A stretch of DNA of 64,000 nt, taken from Octopus vulgaris (taxonomy: Eukaryota). The notes beneath the pieces are model-generated. The model worked only from the letters and a program-made list of their open reading frames with translations, did not search any database and was not told the origin of the DNA. Shown in pieces: positions 54,969-64,000 of the stretch. Numbering within the stretch: position 1 is the first letter of the stretch; each line of letters opens with the position of its first letter. The stretch lies in contig OX597815.1 of the NCBI GenBank assembly GCA_951406725.2, positions 195,486,001 through 195,550,000 on the forward strand, in the 5' to 3' direction. The position numbers and the translations under genes were made by a program.

Positions 54969-55228
54969 ATGTATGTATGTATGTATTTATGTGTGTGTGT
55001 GTGTATTTCTGTGTGAGTTTGTCCCCCCCAACATCACTTGACAACTGATCTTACTATGTTTCAATACCTGCAAATTAGTGGTTCGGCTAAAGAGAACGAT
55101 AAAATATGTACTAGGCTTACAATGAATATGTCAGGGTTTTGACTTTTTCGACTAAAACCCTTTAAGGCGGAACCCCAGTATAGCCGCAGTCAAAGGACTG
55201 AAACAAGGAAAATATTAAAAGAAAAGAA
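54641..55228 (+). mobile_element. Older SINE family A copy with an internal inverted duplication
   Basis: Diverged family-A head and tail. 54752-54789 is repeated in inverted form at 54852-54889 across (TA)n. Confidence 0.85.
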
Positions 55229-55392
55229 TAGGAGAATAAATACGTGTTGTGCGGGGAGAGAGTGAACGTGTGTGCGTGTGTGTGTTTATTAAGTTATGAG
55301 AAATGGCATCTCCCACGCGCAATAGAGGAATGAGTCGAAGGTGGCGAAGCCGATAAGTGATATGGAGATATTTCTCTTTTTTTTTATCACAG

Positions 55393-55444
55393 ATTTATGC
55401 TAATGCTGCTCTTGTTTACACCAATGCAGCTCTTAACTGTGAAG
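55393..55444 (+). other. Candidate 52-nt spliced exon
   Basis: Long polypyrimidine tract TTTCTCTTTTTTTTTATCACAG as acceptor and GAAG|GTATGT as donor. The first frame is open (IYANAALVYTNAALNCE). Confidence 0.3.
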
Positions 55445-56302
55445 GTATGTGATCAAATATTTTTTGCGGCTTTATCCCTCCTCTATCACCAGTCTAGAAT
55501 CTATAATGATATCCTCAATAAAGCAGTCGTGCTTTGTTGTTGATAAATTTGAGTGTGACTTCAGGGCGATTCTGGTCATATTTCAAGTGTGTTCGTACAC
55601 TACGTAGACATTCCCTTTATATTATTGCAATAGAAGCAAAGACAAACCACTCTATACGGAGCGTTTAACGCAGTAGTACAATAAATTATACTGAACTTCA
55701 AATAAGACAACTAAAACTGGCTGACACATTTCTCTTTCTTTTTATAAGCGTAGGAAGGAGTTTGTACGTCTTGAATCCGTATTGATTTCCGTTGCACAGC
55801 GATATTTCTTGGAAACAGACACGGGAGAAAATGGCAGTGAAGGATATACAACAAGAAGTAAATACAAATCAAATTGTTATCTTTTTACTGCAGTATTTGT
55901 CCACTTGATGTAGCTAGTGTGTATTATGGTCCCTATAGGTTCTGGCGTATTTTCATTTCACTTATGCTTCTAATAGAATTGTTTGATGTGAACGTCTCAA
56001 CTTTATTTGATTTAGAAATCGTAAACATAGATGTTTTTTATGTTTATCGAATATAATGTTTATATTAATTCAGGATATGGTGAAATTGTGGATACTTTCT
56101 ATTACGCTAATGGAACCTATTTCTCTATACTTCAATGAGGCACCATAATAAAAAAAATTTAATTCGTATAGTTATTTTTGTTTCCTAACTCGTAATTTTA
56201 TTAGTAAGAAAGGTAGATAAATAGAATTGTGAAAGGGTCGCAAAAAATTTATCATAGAATTTAATTGCGAAATTTTCATTCTTCCATATAGATATAGATA
56301 TG

Positions 56303-56859
56303 ACGAGCTAAACGCCCCCCGTCCAACGGACGGTGCTGAGTTCTCAAACATTTAAACCAAATTTTCTCAAAAGAACTTGTCAGACCGACCCACAGGCCTT
56401 CCCTTTCAGATACACTGATTTAACCTAAATTTGAGACACCAGCAAAAGAAGAAATAGAGATAGACTTTTTTCTATTCCAAAGAAAAACGATTTTATTTAC
56501 ACAAATATGCAACCGAAGAGTTTTAAGTACCAGTTATGATAATGCTGTTGACTGACAGAACACAGACATGGTTTAAACAGAAAGCTTGGCAGGAAAGAAA
56601 CGTGCCTTTAAGCAGAACAAAAACAACTAAACATGGAAGGTGCAGTTATGTACAGGTTGACGGAAGAAAAGCAGGACAAAAACGGCTTTATCGACTGCAT
56701 TCTCACCTGGAATCGATTGTTGAAAATTTTCTCAAGACTTATACACGCCCTGATACCGTTGGTAACTACATATCAAATTTGAGCGCAATCGGATGGAGGA
56801 TGCCCGAGATCTTGGAAGACACGCACACAGACACAGAGAACAGATTTTATATAATAGAT
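56303..56859 (+). mobile_element. Helentron-associated (HINE-like) element, second family
   Basis: 5' hairpin CCGTCCAACGGACGG, internal AAATTTGAGCGCAATCGG, and end ACAGACACAGAGAACAGATTTTATATAATAGAT. Confidence 0.55.
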
Positions 56860-58018
56860 GGGCTGTACTTCCAAAAAGAAAAAGAACTCTCTGGTTTAAT
56901 GACTATGAATCATACTATAATTATCCTTGATAGATCGGTACAGTAACAAAGCAGAAAAGGTGTCAGAAATATACTTTCCTGTATTCATTCCATTTCCCTT
57001 TGCTCTTTCTTCAAATTTCGTGATGCTGACCTCGTCTGCGGTCCTTCCGGAGAATACTAACTAGTAGATGAAATAAGTACCAGTTAAGCTCTGAGGTCGA
57101 TTTAATCCACTAAACTCCACCTCACAAATTTCATTTGATCTCTCAGTTACACACACACACGTACACACACACACACACACATACACACACACATACACAT
57201 GCGAAGGTTTCTGATGTTACGTTTAGTGAGGGTTTTTCGTTGAAGTGTGATTATTCGTGTTTATATCTAAAAGAATTTTATATATTTTCATCGACTAGGA
57301 AGAGACAAAACAATGGCGCACAACTCTGACGTAATATAGTCAATTAAACGATCATTCTAATTCTAAAATGCTTGTGTTACTTTATTATATAATCCCTATT
57401 TTTCTTCGTATAAATTTCTACACAGACAGACATAAAGACACACACAAATACACACACACATTCACATATACACACACGTACGCACACAGACAGAAACATA
57501 TATATAGACAGGGATGTATATAATAATTTTTCCTTTCCTTTTTGCTGGGAGGGACATGCAGAATTTACTTGTCTACTAAATTGGTTGAAATATAAAACTC
57601 AAGCACCGAAATTGACGAAAATGTTTTATGAAGAAAAGAATTTCATTAAAAATCCTGAAGCAAAACCGTTTCCTTGTTTCTTACATGGTTAAACTTTCAT
57701 TCAGAAATTGTAATGTCTTATCGGTAAATGCACCCACAAAGCAGAAAAAATTCCAATCATTGAGAAATTCCTTCCCGAACATTATGTAAATTACGCGTAA
57801 AAAACCAAAACTTGAGAAATTTTAACTAATTTACATCATTTCACCAAAAGCTAGATTTTGGTGAAGTGATTATTTCGGGATGATACTAATTAAGTTTAAT
57901 ACGTGAGAGCGTGTAGGTGTAAATATGAAAAAAAAAAAAGATTTGAGTGTAAATATATCTAAGTGTGCCTTGCCTGTGAAATCAACATTCAAGGGAATAT
58001 TGGACTGATCTTACGCTT

Positions 58019-58760
58019 CTAGCTCACATAAATCCTATCGGTTACCTTGTTAATGCGAAAGTTGGCAGTATTAGTCAGTACTTTTCTGGTTTTGATGAAC
58101 AGGCTGTGTATCTCATCGATTGTCCAGCGTATTATCTCAAATGTTGGTACTTGTACTGGTACTGCAACTGCATTGTGTGATATAGTCTTGTGAAATTCAG
58201 ATAGCATTGGGTGCCATGTTTTCCGGAGTTTTCAGAAGTATTCTTTTGTTATTCTGACTTTGCTAACTGCACCAACGTATGCAACATTCCTATCACTTCG
58301 AAGTGCTTGCAGCGTTCATACACGAGACAGACGTGCCGTTGACGTACATGTTCCTTGCCTCATCGACAATTATTCCTTGATTGACTATTACGTATGAGCA
58401 TTTATCTTGCCCATACTCAATTCCTATATCTCGTGAGATTGCTGTGACTAGTTCTAATTGTATTTTGATGTTCATCATACTACAAAATTACAACTTTAAT
58501 TTATTAACAAATAAAGTATGCATGACATAAATTCTATTCCTTACTGCATATCCAAGCATGTAAGCTTCCAATTTTGTTTACAGGACTGACAAAGGAATCA
58601 CTCCAGAGCAAACAACTATCATCTTGGAATAGGCTTGTTATTAGCTTCATTCTGTTTATAAGAATAGGTGTTCATATAACAATTATATGGACTATGTTGT
58701 GATCTGCCTTGCAATGTCATTCACTATAGCAACTGGTAATTTGGCAAGGTTTTTCGATTC
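58019..58760 (-). pseudogene. Second R4/Dong-clade RT fragment, decayed
   Basis: QLELVTAISRDIGIEYGQDKC and LSEFHKTISHNAVAVPV..IIRWTIDEI..KTRKVLT..DRIYVS parallel the motifs at 22060-22990. Confidence 0.8.
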
Positions 58761-59119
58761 AATCAAATATGAATGAAGCACTGAGATGAACGTTATCTTG
58801 TAATCTAACAATATCATTAAGGGATTGCCATATCGTCAAGAGATTATGTCTGTAAGCATGTATGTATAGATGGAGGGATGGGTGGATTTGTGTGTGTCCA
58901 CCGCTTGACAACCGGTACTGACATAAGATACTGACAGAATAAGCACTGGTTTGGAATATGAACAAATACATTTGATCGAATGCCTTTAAGACTGTGCCCG
59001 GGTGTTGCCACAGTTCAGCGATTTAAACGAGTAGAAAACAAAGGAGAAACAATAATTATTTATTTCACAAGATTCATAGAATCCTATTATATATATATAT
59101 ATATATGTATATATAAGTT

Positions 59120-59340
59120 CAGCAAAATTTAGATTCAAATGAATATGGTACTTAAGTTAGATGCACCAGAATTTTGTATGGTGTTATCTATATAAATCCA
59201 TAGGGTGATTATAATCAAAATAAGCAACAAGAATATCTTCGGTAATTTAGTACGATTGTTTCACGCTACATCATTTTATTGAACATTGTAAATATTACAC
59301 CAGTTTTAAAATGTTGAGCAATCATCAGCCATTCATAGAG
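59120..59340 (-). mobile_element. pLTR remnant homologous to 44760-45000, with a degenerate HHR (59246-59333)
   Basis: Shared GAATATGGTAC(C/T)TAA(C/G)TTAGATGCACCA..GGGTGATTATAA..AGCAACAAGAAT. The minus strand reads CUGAUGA..GAAA-CAAUCG-UA-CUA with a weakened helix I. Confidence 0.7.
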
Positions 59341-59383
59341 GTTTCCCATCAATGCATATACATATTTTCCGAAATAAAACAAA

Positions 59384-59486
<103 letters not shown>

Positions 59487-59489
59487 TAA

Positions 59490-59945
59490 ATTGCAGTGGG
59501 GTATTAAAATACGACTTGCTATGAACAGAGCTATCGCTCTAAAACCACAAATTACTATTAAAGTGCACTCGGCGAATGCAACAATCATAACAGAAATAGG
59601 CCTACCTTGTAATTAATTTTATATTATACTGGCTCACGTTATGTTCTATTTGGAATGTTGCTGGGCCATTCAAATGTAAGAACACACACAATGTAATGTG
59701 ATGAACTCTTCAGAAATAGATGTTGTAACGGTAAGTCCGACTGATAAACTTCAGTATATTTTTCCTACAGAAAGTGAAATCGATTGATCCCGGAATATAC
59801 GCATTCCTTATATCTGTTGTTCATACAAGGGAAGCTTATTTCTGTTACGTTTGTTGCATTCGCTGTGTGTATTTTAATAGTGAGTAATTTGCTCTTCTAG
59901 TGCGATCGCTCTGTTTATGGTAATTGGTATTTTAATACCCTGATG
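59490..59945. repeat. Diverged ~120-bp inverted repeat
   Basis: 59498-59612 (GGGTATTAAAATAC..GCGAATGCAACAA..AACAGAAATA..CCTTGTA) is inverted at 59824-59940. Confidence 0.8.
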
Positions 59946-60101
59946 AATTATGTTTATATTACACCTATAAAGGTGTAAACTTGCAAGCCACTTTATTATT
60001 ATCATTATTATCATTAATGATGGTAATGATAAATTTTTAAACTTATATTTATGTATGCATATATATATATATATATATATACACATAAAACACACACACA
60101 C

Positions 60102-60139
<38 letters not shown>

Positions 60140-60222
60140 TTATTTGGAAATGGATGCATGGCTTTCAATTAACTAATAATATAAATAATATATATGTATG
60201 TATATATACACACACACACACA

Positions 60223-60282
<60 letters not shown>

Positions 60283-60319
60283 CATATATGTATATATGGG
60301 TACAAGACGTCACCAACGA

Positions 60320-61220
60320 GAGAACAAAATGGAAAACAGGACAAGTAAACATAGTGAGCGACCCTTCATCCGTTGTCGACTGTCTAACAACTCCTTATTG
60401 TCGCCATTCAACGACAATATGATCCTTGAAAGATCGTTGCTACCATAAATTCCGAAATGATATTTAGAATTTCTGGAGGGTCAAAGTTGGGAACACAAAC
60501 AGGACCATGCAAATACACAAGGAAACAGAACGAAAACAAGCATTAAGGGTCGTTAGACCAGAACGAGGGGAAAATAATGAACGCAGGGAAAAATATTTCC
60601 GTTGAAAAGAGGAAACATAGAAGAGAGAGAAAAAAGACGTCCAGTCCTTTGAAAGGTCCTGCAGGAAAAGAAAGGTGGTCACGTGAGAAAAAGAAAGATG
60701 GACGATGCTCACGTGTGAGCAACGACAGAGAGCAAAAGACAAAGGAAGGGAGAGACAGACAGACAGAAAACGGTGAAGGGGAGAAAAGGGGAGAAGGATG
60801 GATGAAGAAAGTAGTATAGAGTAGAGACGCATCAAAGAGGTTAAGTTATCCGCAAAAGACAGCCTGGCCTTCAATTAAATAATATAATATATATATATGT
60901 ATTTATATATATATGTATACATATATATATATATGCACACATGCATACATATACACACACACACATATATATATATTTATATATATATATATTTATGTGT
61001 AATCATCATCAAATACGAAAAGAAATGAGTTAAATACTCACACAACGAAAGAAATTGGAAAACAGGACACGTAAACACAGAGAACAACCCTTCATCCGTT
61101 GTTGGCTGCCTATCTAATCCTCGTTTCGAGCATTTGACGACAATATGAGTCTTCAAAGATAGCAGCTCCCATAAATTCCAAACTCAAATTTAGGATTTCT
61201 GGAGGGTCAAAGTTGGGTAC
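60320..61220. repeat. Two diverged direct copies of a ~180-bp repeat
   Basis: 60330-60495 and 61057-61220 share GGAAAACAGGACA..CCCTTCATCCGTTGT..GACAATATGA..CCATAAATTCC..TTTCTGGAGGGTCAAAGTTGGG. Confidence 0.8.
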
Positions 61221-62050
61221 TAAAATATCTCAGTGGTGATATACAAGGAAGCCACAGTTGGTGATGCCCTATACCCATATATGCATGCACACACACACAT
61301 ACAGTTTTCCTATCTATAATTTTCCCAATATCCTTTTTAAATTATTATATATGTATCTCCTCCCAAACGTAGTTACATATCACCCCATTACCAACTGTGT
61401 CGATTGCTTTGCCAAAGTCGAGATGTATTACATCCACATTCGAGTGCTTGAACTGTCATGACAGTGCCAAGTAACAATGCGGTAGATGCTCCTGTGGGAT
61501 AGTTTCTCCTTGGCAGTCCCTATATGGCATGATTGTGAACGAGTTATTTTCTTGTAGTAACGTGATCAACTTCCTTCTGACAATGCGTTCCATGACGTTG
61601 CTAACTCGTAAAGTTAGGGAGATATGCCTATGATGTTAACTATGTGCTTCGGCTACTGTTACAGGGAGTGGTCATATTATATTGCCTTGCAGCATTTTGG
61701 GAAACGTCCTCATGGAAAGTATCTCTGAGGTAGTCACTGAAGTGGTTTTGCGATAGCTTCCCTGCAGGTGTTTAGAATAAAACTACGCATATGGAGAACA
61801 AAGATTCGACACCTAAACGAATATTGTCTATCAGAGAGTGACATATGAATCGAAATTTCTTCACCAAGATTTCAGCCAATCATGAAATTTATTGCTTCTC
61901 ACAAAAGTTTGCATGTATGTGTTTCAACAAACACAAACAAACATAGTCGTGCACATGCACATATACACATACAAACACACACACACACACAAGTATACAC
62001 ACACTCACGTGTGTGTATGTATCTATCCACGCATACATACATATAAATAA

Positions 62051-62136
<86 letters not shown>

Positions 62137-62226
62137 TTAGAGACAAAACCACTATTATGCAAATCAAACAAAGAAAGACTTAAGCCAATACATAAAATAA
62201 TTTATATAATTAAATTTAATTAAAAT

Positions 62227-62280
62227 AACCACTACGATCGTTTCGTGTCAGCACTTCTATGAGACATTCTTCAGGTGGTT
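62227..62280 (-). ncRNA. Minimal type-I hammerhead ribozyme, intact core
   Basis: Minus strand: AACCAC-CUGAAGA-AUGUC(13-nt loop)GACAC-GAAA-CGAUCG-UA-GUGGUU. Lies in a pLTR remnant (62131-62285) of the same family as 11692-12001. Confidence 0.8.
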
Positions 62281-63005
62281 TCAAAACATAATATCTGTTA
62301 CTTGTGTTTTAAGCCCTCTCAGTCAGCGGTCGGTCTTAAAGATCATCTGCGGGCTCATCAACGGAGTGATTGTGCTTTGTGGTGGGGTGTGGTATGTGTG
62401 CTGATGGGACGGCTGTTATTACAGGTTTCTGTGAATAGATCATCCATGCTTCTGGTATATCCCTGTTGAAGATGTGCTTCTGTCTTGTTTATTTCGGCAT
62501 TGCATATTTGGCAGATTTGTGTTAGGTCTTCTGCGTGTTTGGTATAAGCCTGTTTGGGGTCTGGTTCTGTTCCATTCTTTTCAATATTTTCTGTATTTTT
62601 GGTATCTTCTGTTTGTGGATCTGATATTAGTCCATCCATTCTGATGTCATGTACATCCACATATATGTATTGGAAGGTTTGGAGATGATGTACAGGTATT
62701 ATATATTAGAAGAAATGAGGTAATCAGAAGATCGGATGGTTCATGTTTATAGATATTTATTTATATATTACATTTTCGAAAACCCCACTGGAATGGGAGA
62801 AAGCGCTAATAATCTGAACGATATGATCTGAATGATATGATATATATATGTAAAGCCCTTTCTTTGTTGTCAACAACTAGGAAGAACTCAAGAACGCCAA
62901 GGCGTGCTTCTGTGGCGAAAGATACATGCACGTATATTCTCATATACATCAATTTAAAAATTTTTATTCTGTATTACTTAATCCCTGTATTCTTTCATTA
63001 TATAT

Positions 63006-63394
63006 TACTCTTTACTCTTTTACTTGTTTCAGTCATTTGACTGCGGCCATGCTGGAGCACCGCCTTTAGTCGAGCAAATCGACCCCGGGACTTATTCTTT
63101 GTAAGCCCAGTACTTATTCTATCGGTCTCTTTTGCCGAACCGCTAAGTCTCGGGGACGTAAACACACCAGCATCGGTTGTCAAACAATGCTAGGGGGACA
63201 AACACAGACACACACACACACATACATATATATACATATATACGACAGGCTTCTTTCAGTTTCCGTCTACCAAATTCACTCACAAGGCATTGGTCAGCCC
63301 GGGGCTATAGCAGAAGACACTTGCCCAGGGACTGAACCCGGAACCATGTGGTTGGTTAGCAAGCTACTTACCACACAGCCACTACTGCGCCTAT
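63006..63394 (-). mobile_element. SINE family A with a small internal deletion
   Basis: Colinear with other family-A copies. Confidence 0.92.
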
Positions 63395-64000
63395 ATATAT
63401 TTACACATACACACAAACACTCACACACAACGGCACAGACACAGATGCACACACATATTCACGTGAATTCCTTTCTACATCGTGAGTTTCATTTGTTTTC
63501 ACTTGGATGGACAAGCATCATTTATTTGTCAAGTGAATTTCATGATAGCCATTGTGATGGACTAGGCTCAAATGGATGAAAACAGTCCGCCACCCACTTT
63601 CATACAGACTTCATCCAATTTTCAAGTTCCAGATGGGAAGATTAGTGATGAACAGAGAAACGAAAGCTTGTATCAAATTTGAGAAAATTTAGGAAAATTT
63701 GTCAATGAAGTGTTATATGATAAATAATTTCCTTCGTGTTCTTTTGATGAAATGATTGCGTTTGTTTCTAACAAGGCAGCATCTCCACATACCTACGCAT
63801 TGAATATACGTCGCCGTTCCAACTGCTGTTTAGATACATACAGCATTTGATCATGGGTTTTTCTTAGTAAGCATTAAGAAGAAGAGTAGGCTTATGGTAA
63901 TTTATAATCGCATGAAGCGATATGGCCTGTCAATACAGAATCGTAAAAACGATGGAAAGAATTTCGTAGTGGGATATTTACAAAAGAAATAATATCAACC

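Noticed and set aside
60360-61130. CGGAUGAAGGG on the minus strand in both copies of the 180-bp repeat as a hammerhead
   Set aside because: The core is altered and I could not place a GAAA box with consistent helices.

Overview
AT-rich, microsatellite-dense eukaryotic DNA with no intact protein-coding gene that I can support. Nearly all ORFs in the track are artefacts of microsatellites or SINEs. The SINE repertoire looks like that of an octopod cephalopod (inference from remembered family features, not a database search). The window holds three abundant tRNA-headed SINE families, decayed R4/Dong and CR1-like LINE fragments, two deleted mariners, a hAT MITE, Helentron-like non-autonomous elements and many Penelope-like element (PLE) remnants. 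The main unexplained structure is about 11 minimal type-I hammerhead ribozyme (HHR) motifs from several repeat families. Four keep a complete catalytic core, and the helix-III segments differ between families while staying palindromic, which fits dimeric cleavage. Most sit in short elements anchored in (TA)n arrays, often with inverted arms. Other points of interest are a nest of (TAA)n-associated retroelement 3' ends, several fold-back palindromes, module-swapped SINEs and a candidate 52-nt exon.
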